Source: an uncultured Acidobacteriaceae bacterium
GTDB lineage: Bacteria; Acidobacteriota; Terriglobia; Terriglobales; Acidobacteriaceae
NCBI GenBank assembly: GCA_963701685.1
Contig: OY969625.1
Coordinates: 2,170,879-2,234,878 of the forward strand
DNA length: 64,000 nt
Direction: 5' to 3'
Below the pieces are notes generated by a model. That model saw only the letters and a program-made list of their open reading frames with translations, did not search any database and was not told where the DNA came from. The position numbers and the translations under genes are program-made. Below, piece by piece: positions 45,614-54,716 of this stretch; within the stretch, counting starts at the first letter, position 1; every line of letters starts with the position of its first letter.

Positions 45614-46078
45614 CTAGTAATTCACCGTCGGTGTTGTCGGCTTTACTTCAATCAAAGTGTGGGCCTCATCGATCACGGTGACGCGGAAAAAGTTATTTGG
45701 GTCGTCCACTTGCTCAGGCAACTGACGATATTCCACCGAGGCAATATATGAGCATGATTTCGGCTGAGTGCCGTCGGCTAGCCAGTATTTTTTAGACGCG
45801 ATGTACTCATGGGCGCTCGCGACAAGCATTTGCCACGCGTTCTGGTTTGGCCCGTCAAGGAATGAGACGAGTGGCTCACCGTGGGCTGGAAATGTCACTT
45901 TGAAGCGAAAAACTCCGGTCATGTGTGCAAGTCGGGCTATTGGAGGGTAGGTGGGAAACGTGGTGTCGATTATATGAAAGCGGCCGCACGAAGCTTGCTG
46001 TGCACGAGCGACTGGCGCAAGTGTAGCGGCGGTCAGGAGTACGATTGCTAATTTTGTGCTTGAACGGGTTGGAGCCAT
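45614..46078 (-). CDS. secreted protein with TonB-C-terminal-like domain, low GC
   Basis: Start at MAPTRSSTKLAIVLLTAATLAPVARAQ (ATG at 46078). PTYPPIARLAHMTGVFRFKVTF resembles the TonB_C YP..A....G.V motif. Tentative. Confidence 0.45.
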   Translation of the reverse strand: MAPTRSSTKLAIVLLTAATLAPVARAQQASCGRFHIIDTTFPTYPPIARLAHMTGVFRFKVTFPAHGEPLVSFLDGPNQNAWQMLVASAHEYIASKKYWLADGTQPKSCSYIASVEYRQLPEQVDDPNNFFRVTVIDEAHTLIEVKPTTPTVNY

Positions 46079-46118
46079 TTGATCTCCTTGAGGGGGCACA
46101 CTGATAAACTTACCTCTT

Positions 46119-49037
46119 ATGCGCAACCTCAGTGGTAATCAGATTCGGGAAGATTTTTTGCGGTTTTTTGAGACGAAGGGGCATCGGCGGGTGCACTCGT
46201 CTTCTTTGGTGCCGGCGAATGATCCTACGCTGCTGTTTACGAATGCGGGGATGAATCAGTTTAAGGATGTGTTTTTGGGGGCGGAGACGCGGGTGTATTC
46301 GCGGGCGGCGTCGAGCCAGAAGTGCGTGCGGGCGGGTGGGAAGCATAACGATCTGGAGAACGTTGGGTTTACGCGGCGGCACCATACGTTCTTTGAGATG
46401 CTGGGAAATTTTTCGTTTGGAGATTACTTCAAGAAGGATGCGATTGCGTTTGCGTGGGAGTTGCTGACTTCTCCGGATTGGTTTGGGATTGATAAGGACC
46501 GGCTGTATGTGACGGTGTTTGAGGGGAACGAAACTGTTCCGCGGGACGACGAGGCGGAGCGGCTTTGGATTGAGACGGGCGTGCCGAAGGAGCGGATCTT
46601 TGGCATGGGGATGAAGGATAACTTCTGGCAGATGGGCGATACCGGGCCTTGCGGGCCTTGCTCGGAGATTTTTTATGACCTGGGGTTGGCGGCTTCGGAG
46701 ACTGGCGAAGACAAGCCGTTTCCGGAAGACGATCAGCGGTACATGGAGATTTGGAATTTAGTGTTCATGCAGTTTGATCGGGCGAGTGATGGGGTGTTGA
46801 CTCCGCTACCGAAGCCTTCGATCGATACGGGCATGGGGCTGGAGCGCGTGGCTTGCGTGCTGCAGGGGAAGCTTTCGAATTATGAGAGTGATTTGTTTAC
46901 GCCGTTGATTCGGAGGGCGGTGGAGTTGACGGGGTTTGGTGGGGCGTTGTCCGATGTCCGTTCTCCGTTGTCCGTTGAAGAGCTGGCGGTGAGCGATGAG
47001 AAGGGGGCGGCTTCGCTGCGGATTATTGCGGACCATGCTCGGGCTTCTACGTTTTTGATTGCGGATGGGGTGGTGCCGAGCAATGAGGGGCGGGGGTATG
47101 TGCTGCGGAAGATTTTGCGGCGCGGGATTCGGCATGGGCGGCTGTTGGGGCAGGAGAAGCCGTTTATGCATGAGATGGTGCTGGCCGTGAGGGATGAGAT
47201 GGTGGCGGCGTATCCGGAGTTGGCGGAGTCGGCGGAGCGGGTCGCTAAGGTGGTGCTGGCGGAGGAGGAGCAGTTTGCTCGGGTGATGGATGTTGGTTCT
47301 AGAGAACTAAACAATGCTATCGACGAAGCTAAGTACAACGGCTACGTGAAAAATATGTGGGAGTTTTGTTTGAAAGATGGATTTGTGCCGCCCGCTGAAG
47401 ACTGGCTCTACCTTACACGTCAAATAAAATCCGGACGGCGTCAGGAACAGCTTGCAGCGGCATCACGTATCTTCCCAGTTGCCAAATATGGAAACAAATC
47501 CAGAGAACTACTGGACTCCATGTACTCAAATCCGATAGAGCTACCCGGCAAAACGGCGTTCACTCTTTACGAGACTTTCGGCTTGTCCAAAGACTTCATC
47601 GCAGATGCTGCGAGAGATGCAGGTCTCCTCTTCGATGATGAGGGATTCGAGCGGGCTAAGGAAGAGGAGCAGGCGCGGGCGAGGGCTAGTTGGAAGGGTG
47701 GGTCGTCGAAGTCGGCGGCGCCGGTTTATCGGGAGTTGGAGAAGACGGAGTTTGAGGGGTATACCGCGCTGCGTACCGATGGTGCGAAGGTGTTGGCGCT
47801 GGTGAAGGATGGCGTTGGCGTGACGGTGCTGCGGCCTGGGGATGTAGGTGAGGTGGTGTTGGATGCGACGAGTTTCTATGCGGACTCGGGCGGGCAGGTT
47901 GGGGATGTGGGGTGGTTGTATTCCGGGGACCATAACTCGGTGGTCGCCGATGTGACTGGTTGCAAGAAGCCGGTGCAGGGGGTGTTTGCGCACCAGGTGG
48001 TGGTGAAGCAGACGATTGCTGTTGGCGATGTGGTGGATGCTGTGGTGGATGGGGCGGTGCGGGCGGCGGTGATGCGGAATCATACGGGGACGCATTTGCT
48101 GCATGCGGCGTTGAGGCAGGTGCTGGGGACGCATGTGAAGCAGGCTGGGTCGTTGAATGACCGGTCGCGGCTGCGGTTTGATTTTTCGCACTTTGCGGGT
48201 GTGGCGGAGGAGGAGTTGGCGGAGATTGAGTCGATTGTGAATGCGCAGGTGTTAGCCAACACACCTGTAGTCACGATGGTGGATGTGCCGATTGATGTGG
48301 CCGTGCATGAGCTGGGAGCGATGGCGCTGTTTGGCGAGAAGTATGGCGATAAGGTGCGGGTGGTGAAGATTGGGGAGTTCTCGACGGAGCTTTGCGGTGG
48401 AACGCATACGGGGGCGACGGGGGAGATTGGGTTGGTGAAGCTGATGGGTGAGGGCGCGGTGGCTAGCGGCGTTCGGCGCGTGGAGGCGGTGACGGGGATG
48501 GGGTCGCTGGGGGTGTTTCGGCGGGATGCGGATGTGGCGAAGGTTGCCGGGCAGTTTGTTGGGGGTGGAGATGTGAGTGGGGAGGCGCTGCGGGCTCGGG
48601 TGGCGAGCCAGGAAGAGGAGATGAAGAAGCTAAGGCGGGAGCTGGAGGCGCTGCGGATGAAGTCGGCTACGGCGGCTACTGCGGATGCGGCGGCTTCGGC
48701 TGTGGAGGTTAAGGGGGTTAAGGTTTTGAGTCAGCGGGTGGATGCGCTCGATAAAAGCCAGATGCGGAATTTGGTGGATGAGCTGCGCGGGAAGTTGGGG
48801 TCGGGGGTTGTGGTGCTGGGGGCGGCTTCTTCGGACGGAAAGGTTAGTTTGATTGTTGGGGTTAGTAAGGACCTGACCGGGCGGGTGCAGGCGGGGAAGG
48901 TTGTTGGCGCGATTGCCGCGAAGGTTGGGGGGAAGGGTGGTGGGAGGCCGGATTTGGCGGAGGCTGGCGGGACGGATGTAGCCGGGTTGGATGCGGCGCT
49001 GGCGGGGGCGAGGGATGTGGTGGAGGAGATGCTGTAA
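46119..49037 (+). CDS. alaS: alanine--tRNA ligase (with two in-frame insertions)
   Basis: [45 protein letters not shown], editing-domain HTGTHLLH, C-terminal [15 protein letters not shown]. At 972 aa it is about 90 aa longer than usual. Confidence 0.95.
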   Translation: MRNLSGNQIREDFLRFFETKGHRRVHSSSLVPANDPTLLFTNAGMNQFKDVFLGAETRVYSRAASSQKCVRAGGKHNDLENVGFTRRHHTFFEMLGNFSFGDYFKKDAIAFAWELLTSPDWFGIDKDRLYVTVFEGNETVPRDDEAERLWIETGVPKERIFGMGMKDNFWQMGDTGPCGPCSEIFYDLGLAASETGEDKPFPEDDQRYMEIWNLVFMQFDRASDGVLTPLPKPSIDTGMGLERVACVLQGKLSNYESDLFTPLIRRAVELTGFGGALSDVRSPLSVEELAVSDEKGAASLRIIADHARASTFLIADGVVPSNEGRGYVLRKILRRGIRHGRLLGQEKPFMHEMVLAVRDEMVAAYPELAESAERVAKVVLAEEEQFARVMDVGSRELNNAIDEAKYNGYVKNMWEFCLKDGFVPPAEDWLYLTRQIKSGRRQEQLAAASRIFPVAKYGNKSRELLDSMYSNPIELPGKTAFTLYETFGLSKDFIADAARDAGLLFDDEGFERAKEEEQARARASWKGGSSKSAAPVYRELEKTEFEGYTALRTDGAKVLALVKDGVGVTVLRPGDVGEVVLDATSFYADSGGQVGDVGWLYSGDHNSVVADVTGCKKPVQGVFAHQVVVKQTIAVGDVVDAVVDGAVRAAVMRNHTGTHLLHAALRQVLGTHVKQAGSLNDRSRLRFDFSHFAGVAEEELAEIESIVNAQVLANTPVVTMVDVPIDVAVHELGAMALFGEKYGDKVRVVKIGEFSTELCGGTHTGATGEIGLVKLMGEGAVASGVRRVEAVTGMGSLGVFRRDADVAKVAGQFVGGGDVSGEALRARVASQEEEMKKLRRELEALRMKSATAATADAAASAVEVKGVKVLSQRVDALDKSQMRNLVDELRGKLGSGVVVLGAASSDGKVSLIVGVSKDLTGRVQAGKVVGAIAAKVGGKGGGRPDLAEAGGTDVAGLDAALAGARDVVEEML
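46946..46980 (+). repeat. family B heptamer array inside alaS
   Basis: gttgtcc gatgtcc gttctcc gttgtcc gttgaag; encodes [13 protein letters not shown]. Confidence 0.9.
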
Positions 49038-49420
49038 AGGCAGCTACTAGCTGCTAGCTTCTGGCAAAGGCAAAGGACAACACGGGTCCCTGCACTGCGC
49101 TGTGCTTCGGTCGAGATGACGCTGCGGCGGAGAGATGCAGATTCCTTCGCTTCGCTGCGGAATGACAGCCAGAAATGCAAGGGCAACGGCAAGAGCAACG
49201 GCAACAACAACTGCAAAAGAAGAAGCAGATTCCCAGAGGGAATGACAGACAGAAAGGCAAGGGCGACGAGAACAGCAAGGGCGATAACAACAGCGAGGGC
49301 GACTACAGGGGTCCTTCCCTTCGTTCAGGATGACGGAGGGGGTGGTCGGGATGACGGTGCGGTTGGCTGGGATGACGGACTGGTTGGTCGGATTGGTGGA
49401 GTGGGCTGGATTGGGGCGGT
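49038..49420 (+). repeat. largest family D composite block (several modules in tandem)
   Basis: ggcaaaggcaaagg; tcgagatgac; gcagattccttcgcttcgctgcggaatgacag; (ggcaac)n; agaagcagattcccagagggaatgacagacagaaagg; ttcaggatgacgg; gggatgacgg x2. Confidence 0.85.
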
Positions 49421-49494
49421 GAGGGTATTCGCGGGGGTACCTTCGGGGGATTCACAGGGTGGGGGTGAGGTGGGGAACCTACACTTAAGGTGGT

Positions 49495-52023
49495 ATGGGT
49501 CTCCTTATTCAGGGTGGGGTTGGAAGGAGCTGCGGCTGGTTGGGCGCGGTGGTGCTGGTGGGGATGTGGTGCGGGGGCGTGGGGTCGGTGCAGGTGCGGG
49601 CGGAGACTGCGTCTGATATTGCGGCGAAGCCTGGGGTGGGTTGGGATGCGGCGGTTGCGGCGCGGGTGGCGTTTGAGGCGGAGCCTCGGCGGACGCATAC
49701 TAGGGAAGAGTATGCGCGGGTGATGAATGGGTTCCGCGCGATCTATCATTCGGATCCGGATCATGCGCATGCGGCGGAGGCTGTGGCGCAGGTGGCTGAG
49801 CTGCTGAATGAGATGGGGCGCGAGTTTGGCGATAAGAAGAGCGTCCACGACGCGGCGGGGCAGTATGAGTATTTAGCGAAGGCGTATCCGGGCGACAAGC
49901 TGGCTCCGGAGGCGCTGGTGAAGGCGCTGGCGTTGCTGGGGCCGGCGGATGCGGATGAGGCGGCGAAGGTTAAGGCGCAGCTGGTGCAGGATTATCCGCG
50001 GGAGGCTCGGAAGGCTGGGGTGGAGGTGGCGGCTGGTCGGGGATCCGTGAATCCCACTTATGACGGTGAGACTGTCATGAATGGGGCACCCGGGACTGTG
50101 GCTCGCACACCCACATCTCAGAAGCGAGATGTGGGGCACCCGGCGTCGTTCAGCAATTCCACCGATGACGGTGAGGCGGTCAAGGATGGGGCACACAGTA
50201 ATGGATCTTCGGCGGCTGGAACTGCGGGTGTCTCTGTTGCGCTGCGTTCCGGTCGGGAGGACAGTGGTGGCGCGGGTCGGATTGAGCCGGTCGCGCAGGA
50301 GGATTTGACTTCGGGGCGGTTGACTCCGGATCTGGTGGGGACGACGAACGGGAGGAAGACGGGGCCGCTGGCGGTGGTGACGGGGATTCGGCACTGGTCG
50401 ACGGCTAGTTATACGCGGGTGGCGATTGACTTGAATGTGGCTCCGGGAGAAGAGGTGAAGTATGAGGCGGCGCGGGTGGAGAATCCGGATCGCATCTTCT
50501 TTGACCTGGGGCATGCGCGGCTGGCGCCGGAGATGGTGGGGAAGAGCTTCAATGTGACCGATGATGGATTTCTGACGCGGGTGCGGGCGGCGCAGTTTTC
50601 CGGTGAGGTGACGCGGGTGGTGCTGGATGTGCATCACGTGGCGGAGTACTCGGCGTTTCTGCTGCCGAATCCTTATCGGCTGATTATTGATATTCATGGG
50701 AATGCGGGGCAGCGAGTTAGCGAGTTAGCGAGTCAGCGGGGTGAGGGTTCAGGGCTCAGGGCCCAGGGTCCAGAAGACGCGAGAGGCGAGGGTTCAGGGT
50801 CCAAGGTCCAGGGTTCAGGGGTGGCGGGACAGCCTGCAGCGGTGGAAGTTTCTAGTTTGCCGCCGATGCCGGTTACGGATGGAAGCGCTGGCTTTGGGTT
50901 GCCGGCGCGGAGTTTGGATCGGGTAGGCGAGGGGAAGACGGTGGCGCCGCCTCGGGTGGTGATCGCGTCGAAGCCTACGGCGGCCCGGCCGGTGCCGAAT
51001 ACGGTGGTGAAGACTGCTGCGGATACCAGTAGCGAGGTTGCGGAGGTTAGTCGGCAGCCGGGGATGGTGGAGGCTACGCGGCGGCCTACGTCGAAGCCGA
51101 TTGCAGAGACGAGTGGGGATGCGGCCGTTGATGTTGCGAGTGACGCGCATTATGTGCCGCGGACGCGGAGGAGTTCGTCGTCCCACCTTAGCGACGATGG
51201 GACCTTCGCGAAGATGGGGCGCCCGGGTGCTTCGGTGAAGGGGGAGCCGGCGGAAGCGCCGCCTCCTACGGCGGATGGGGAGACGTCGCTGGTGCGGGCG
51301 CTGGGGCTGAAGATTGGGCGGATTGTGATTGATGCGGGGCATGGTGGGCATGACTCGGGTACGCTGGGCGCGGGTGGGATTGAAGAGAAGGATGTGGTGC
51401 TGGATGTGGCGCTGAGGCTGGGCAAGCTGCTGCATGACCGGTTGGGCGCGGAGGTTGTTTATACACGCGATGACGATACGTTTGTGCCGTTGGAGACTCG
51501 GACGGCGATTGCAAATAAGGCGCAGGCGGATCTGTTTATCAGCGTGCATGCGAACAGCTCGTCGGATCCTACGGTGAAGGGGGTGGAAGTTTACTACCTG
51601 AACTTTACGAGCGATCCGGAGGCGATGACGGTGGCTAGTCGCGAGAACGCCGTGTCGACGGAGAGCGTGCATGAGTTGAGTGACCTGGTGAAGAAGATTG
51701 CGCTGAAGGACAAGATTGATGAGAGCAAGGAGCTGGCGGCGGATGTGGATGCGTCGTTGTATGCGGGGCTGCGGCGGGGGAATCCTGAGCTGAGGAATCG
51801 CGGGGTGAAGAAGGCTCCGTTTGTGGTGCTGATTGGAGCGAATATGCCTTCGATTCTGGCGGAGATTAGTTTCGTGACGAATCCGGATACGGCGGAGAAG
51901 CTGGAGACGCCGGAGTATCGGGAGCGGGTGGCGGAGAGTTTGTATAAGGGGATTGCGGTGTATGCGCAGGGGATCAATGGGGCGCGGCCGCGGGTGGCTA
52001 CGGTGGAGCAGGCGGAGAGGTGA
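49495..52023 (+). CDS. N-acetylmuramoyl-L-alanine amidase (AmiC-like: TPR-like N-domain, AMIN domain, amidase_3 domain)
   Basis: AMIN: VTGIRHWSTASYTRVAIDL...RLIIDIHG. Catalytic: IVIDAGHGGHDSG, DLFISVHANS, ILAEISFVTNP. The linkers are built from repeats. Confidence 0.85.
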   Translation: MGLLIQGGVGRSCGWLGAVVLVGMWCGGVGSVQVRAETASDIAAKPGVGWDAAVAARVAFEAEPRRTHTREEYARVMNGFRAIYHSDPDHAHAAEAVAQVAELLNEMGREFGDKKSVHDAAGQYEYLAKAYPGDKLAPEALVKALALLGPADADEAAKVKAQLVQDYPREARKAGVEVAAGRGSVNPTYDGETVMNGAPGTVARTPTSQKRDVGHPASFSNSTDDGEAVKDGAHSNGSSAAGTAGVSVALRSGREDSGGAGRIEPVAQEDLTSGRLTPDLVGTTNGRKTGPLAVVTGIRHWSTASYTRVAIDLNVAPGEEVKYEAARVENPDRIFFDLGHARLAPEMVGKSFNVTDDGFLTRVRAAQFSGEVTRVVLDVHHVAEYSAFLLPNPYRLIIDIHGNAGQRVSELASQRGEGSGLRAQGPEDARGEGSGSKVQGSGVAGQPAAVEVSSLPPMPVTDGSAGFGLPARSLDRVGEGKTVAPPRVVIASKPTAARPVPNTVVKTAADTSSEVAEVSRQPGMVEATRRPTSKPIAETSGDAAVDVASDAHYVPRTRRSSSSHLSDDGTFAKMGRPGASVKGEPAEAPPPTADGETSLVRALGLKIGRIVIDAGHGGHDSGTLGAGGIEEKDVVLDVALRLGKLLHDRLGAEVVYTRDDDTFVPLETRTAIANKAQADLFISVHANSSSDPTVKGVEVYYLNFTSDPEAMTVASRENAVSTESVHELSDLVKKIALKDKIDESKELAADVDASLYAGLRRGNPELRNRGVKKAPFVVLIGANMPSILAEISFVTNPDTAEKLETPEYRERVAESLYKGIAVYAQGINGARPRVATVEQAER
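50052..50196 (+). repeat. three family E hairpin elements inside the amidase gene
   Basis: 50052-50092, 50109-50141 (perfect 10-bp stem CCCACATCTC/GAGATGTGGG) and 50157-50196; they encode NPTYDGETVMNGAPG, TSQKRDVGHP and STDDGEAVKDGAH. Confidence 0.8.
50712..50822 (+). repeat. octamer (GCGAGTTA) array plus two family A heptamer arrays inside the amidase gene
   Basis: gcgagtta gcgagtta gcgagtca; agggttc agggctc agggccc agggtcc (50744-50772); agggttc agggtcc aaggtcc agggttc agggg (50789-50822). Confidence 0.9.
51181..51226 (+). repeat. family E hairpin element inside the amidase gene
   Basis: tcccaccttagcgacgatgggaccttcgcgaagatggggcgcccgg; encodes SHLSDDGTFAKMGRPG. Confidence 0.8.
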
Positions 52024-52026
52024 GAC

Positions 52027-52054
52027 GTTCTCAGTTGTCCATTCTCAGTTGTCA
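52027..52054 (+). repeat. family B heptamer array, 4 units
   Basis: gttctca gttgtcc attctca gttgtca; starts 3 nt after the amidase TGA. Confidence 0.9.
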
Positions 52055-52109
52055 GGAAAGGCCGGTGGGCGTGCTACCGTTTGGGGGGTTGGTGTAGTCT
52101 TTCGCTTGT

Positions 52110-53276
52110 ATGAGGTTGGTTTTCGGGACAAGACGGAGCGTGGCGCTGGCGGTGATGTCGGCTGGTCTGCTGGTGGGCGCGAAGGGCAGTTGGGCGCAGG
52201 GTTCGGTGACGTTGATGGAGCCTGCGGTGCCGCTGTTGCCGGCGAAGTTTGGGCAGTGGACGCTGGTGGATTCGGCGGGTGCGAAGCCGGCAGCGGCGGA
52301 AGATGCTGCGCTGCTGGGGGTGAATCCGCAGGCGTTGGCTGAGTGTGGGAAGATTCGGTCGAAGACGGGAGATTACACGGCGGGTGGTCGCAGGCTGCAT
52401 GTGGAGGCGGTGCAGTTCGGCGATCGGACTGGTGCGTATAGCGCCTTCACGCTGGCGGAGCGGCCGGGGATGCGGGTGGCGGGTGTGCTGACGTACCAGG
52501 CGTTGGGGGGAGACCTGGCGCTGTTCATGGTGGGCAAGTCGGTGGTGCTGGCGAAGTTTCCGGGGACGGTGACGGCGCAGGATGCGGTCGGGCTAAGGCC
52601 GCTGCTGGACACGATGCCAAAGACATTTGGGAATACGGGCGCGGTGCCGATATTGCCGACGCTGCCGCCTGAGAAGGGGCTGGTGCCGGGGAGTCTGCGG
52701 TATGCGCTGGGGCCGGTGACGTATGCGGCGCAGGGCGGGGTGTTGCCGGCTGCGTCGTTGAACTGGAAGATGGAGCCGGAGGCGGTGACGGTTCGGTATG
52801 ACGATGAGCGGGGGCGCGAGACGCTGACGCTGCTGATGTATCCGACGCCGACGCTGGCGCAGGAGGCGGCGAAGACGGTGCAGGGCGAGGTGCCGGCGCT
52901 TAAGACTGGCGGTGCTCGGCTGCGGCAGAACGGGACGCTGGTGATGCTGGCGACGGGAACGTTTTCGGGGGATGCGGCTCAGCAGATGATTGCGGGCATC
53001 CATTTGAGCCAGATGACGTTCGACCAGGATGCCCATCCGCCGTTCAAGGTGGTGGCGGCTCAGACATTTACGCTGCTGGAGAACATTGCGATCCTGTCGG
53101 GGGTGCTGGGGGTGGGGGCGGTGCTACTGGGGTTGTTCTTGGGGTTGGGAAGGGCGTGGTATCGGGTGCTGCGGGGGAAGCCGGCGGCGGTGGAGGTGGA
53201 GTTTTTGAGCCTGCACCTGGCTCCGCAAAATAAGCCAGCGGTGTTCCGTGGGCCGGACTCGGCTGAGGGGGCTTAG
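52110..53276 (+). CDS. hypothetical exported protein with C-terminal membrane anchor
   Basis: Signal peptide (ALAVMSAGLLVGAKGSWAQ) and C-terminal TM helix ILSGVLGVGAVLLGLFLGLG; no family recognised. Confidence 0.5.
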   Translation: MRLVFGTRRSVALAVMSAGLLVGAKGSWAQGSVTLMEPAVPLLPAKFGQWTLVDSAGAKPAAAEDAALLGVNPQALAECGKIRSKTGDYTAGGRRLHVEAVQFGDRTGAYSAFTLAERPGMRVAGVLTYQALGGDLALFMVGKSVVLAKFPGTVTAQDAVGLRPLLDTMPKTFGNTGAVPILPTLPPEKGLVPGSLRYALGPVTYAAQGGVLPAASLNWKMEPEAVTVRYDDERGRETLTLLMYPTPTLAQEAAKTVQGEVPALKTGGARLRQNGTLVMLATGTFSGDAAQQMIAGIHLSQMTFDQDAHPPFKVVAAQTFTLLENIAILSGVLGVGAVLLGLFLGLGRAWYRVLRGKPAAVEVEFLSLHLAPQNKPAVFRGPDSAEGA

Positions 53277-53484
53277 GCGGTTTTGGGGGTTGACGGGGAA
53301 GGTTTTTGGGGGTGGTTGGGAGGGTGGAAGAGGAGATTTTTGGGAATTGTGGAGGGCGCCCGGAAAAACCGGAGAAAACCGACGTGTGTGGGACGAAAAC
53401 TGCCTAAGTCGTTGATTATGTTGAAGATGATAAAAGCTGGAAAACTTTCTTGACAGCACCGGAGGTCGAACATAGTCTTGCACC

Positions 53485-53562
53485 AGAGAGTTCTGATGGC
53501 TTTGCCTCCGTTGGAACTGCCTCCCATAGAAAAGGGTCGCCCTGTTGCCGGGCGGCCCTTTT
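53485..53562 (+). ncRNA. candidate sRNA (about 78 nt) bracketed by promoter and intrinsic terminator
   Basis: TTGACA (53450-53455), 17-nt spacer, TAGTCT (53473-53478). Terminator stem GGGTCGCCC/GGGCGGCCC (53534-53558) followed by TTTT. The 5' end is inferred. Confidence 0.35.
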
Positions 53563-53714
53563 GCGTTAACGATTCTGGCGTTCCCGGTTGTGGATAACGG
53601 GACGCAAACTTTGGTAAGAGATGTGTGTGGGTGACGTTGCGCGCGATGCGAGTGTGGTGATGGCGGCGAGAATTTTGCGGATGAAGTGATTGCCGATAGA
53701 ATCATGAAGGAGTC

Positions 53715-53790
53715 GCCGACGTAGCTCAGTTGGTAGAGCAGCTGATTCGTAATCAGCAGGTCAACGGTTCAAGTCCGTTCGTCGGCTCCA
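53715..53790 (+). tRNA. tRNA-Thr (anticodon CGT), CCA encoded
   Basis: Acceptor GCCGACG/CGTCGGC, D arm GCTC-AGTTGGTA-GAGC, anticodon stem GCTGA/TCAGC with loop TTCGTAA, T arm AACGG-TTCAAGT-CCGTT, discriminator T plus CCA. Confidence 0.95.
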
Positions 53791-53811
53791 TAGAATTTTG
53801 GGTGGTGAGAG

Positions 53812-53842
53812 GTGCGGCCTGGCGGTCGCACTTTTGCTTTTT
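53812..53842 (+). terminator. intrinsic terminator after tRNA-Thr
   Basis: 8-bp stem GTGCGGCC/GGTCGCAC (one G-U pair), loop TGGC, followed by TTTTGCTTTTT. Confidence 0.6.
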
Positions 53843-53961
53843 GTGTTGGAGGTGGGCGAGGGCGTTGAGCGGGCGATGGAGGATTGCCTGTCGTTGGGGA
53901 TTGTGGGTAAGCTTACGCAACGGGATCTGGAAACGCATGGGATTCGAAAGGTGAGGCAGCG

Positions 53962-54495
53962 ATGAAGCGTGTTGATATGACGATTGCGTTGGTTGGGCTG
54001 ATGGTTTCCTCCACGATGTGCGTGGCGCAGGCGCCGGCGGGGCCAGTTGGACCTGCGGCTGAGGTGCAGGCTGCGTACAACCGGATCAAGCCGAATGTGT
54101 TGAAGGCGGCGGAGAATATGCCGGAGGCGGATTTTCAGTACAAGCCTACGGCGGATATTCGGACGTTTGCGCGGATTGTGAATCATGTGACGGAGGCGCA
54201 GTTTCATGTGTGCTCGGCGCTGAATGGAGAGACGGCTGATCCGAAGGCGGTGCCGAGTGATACGGCGGATAAGGCGACGGTGATTGCGGGGCTGAAGGCT
54301 TCGTTCGCGGTTTGCGATAAGGCGTATGGTGCGCTGACCGATGCGACGATTTCGGAGACAGTGGCGATTGGGCCGGTGAAGCGGTCGCGGATTGGAGCGG
54401 CGTGGGGAAACGTGTCGCATGACAACGAACAGTATGCGGAGCTGTCGACGTATTTGAGGCTGAAGGGGTTGGTGCCGCCTACGGCTGAGAAGTAG
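53962..54495 (+). CDS. secreted DinB family protein
   Basis: Signal peptide; ADFQYKPTADIRTFARIVNHV and SHDNEQYAELSTYLRLKGLVPP; paralogous in pattern to 35510..36067. Confidence 0.8.
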   Translation: MKRVDMTIALVGLMVSSTMCVAQAPAGPVGPAAEVQAAYNRIKPNVLKAAENMPEADFQYKPTADIRTFARIVNHVTEAQFHVCSALNGETADPKAVPSDTADKATVIAGLKASFAVCDKAYGALTDATISETVAIGPVKRSRIGAAWGNVSHDNEQYAELSTYLRLKGLVPPTAEK

Positions 54496-54560
54496 GATGA
54501 TCACCTGTCTCCGTGCCGCGAGCGAAGGCCCAGGGCAAAAGCCCAGGGTTGCTGGATTAT

Positions 54561-54596
54561 TTCAGCGGGCTAAAGCCCGCTGCTAATCCCAAGGAC
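54561..54596 (+). repeat. REP-like hairpin (GGGCTAAAGCCC type)
   Basis: cagcgggc-taaa-gcccgctg followed by ctaatcc; matches 18604-18630. Confidence 0.85.
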
Positions 54597-54600
54597 ATGC

Positions 54601-54705
54601 AACGGCAACAGAAGAAGCAGATTCCCGAAGGGAATGGCAGAAAGAAAAGCAAGGGCAAGCGCAAAGACAAATGCAGGGATCCTTCGCTGCGCTCAGGATG
54701 ACGAC
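54601..54705 (+). repeat. family D composite element
   Basis: caacggcaacag + agaagcagattcccgaagggaatggcagaaagaaaag + caagggcaagcgc + gggatccttcgctgcgctcaggatgacg. Confidence 0.85.
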
Positions 54706-54716
54706 GTTGTGATTCC

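Noticed and set aside
47298-47498. Intein or intron in alaS
   Set aside because: At 67 aa it is too short for an intein, lacks the Cys/Ser/Thr start and the His-Asn end, and has no nucleophile after it. The frame is continuous, so an intron is not required.
49116-49616. 166-aa + strand ORF (and the 161-aa minus ORF 48731..49216)
   Set aside because: Both are translations of family D repeat modules (KGNGKSNGNNNCKRRSRFPEGMTDRKARAT; LPLHFWLSFRSEAKESA). The same peptides arise wherever the repeat occurs.
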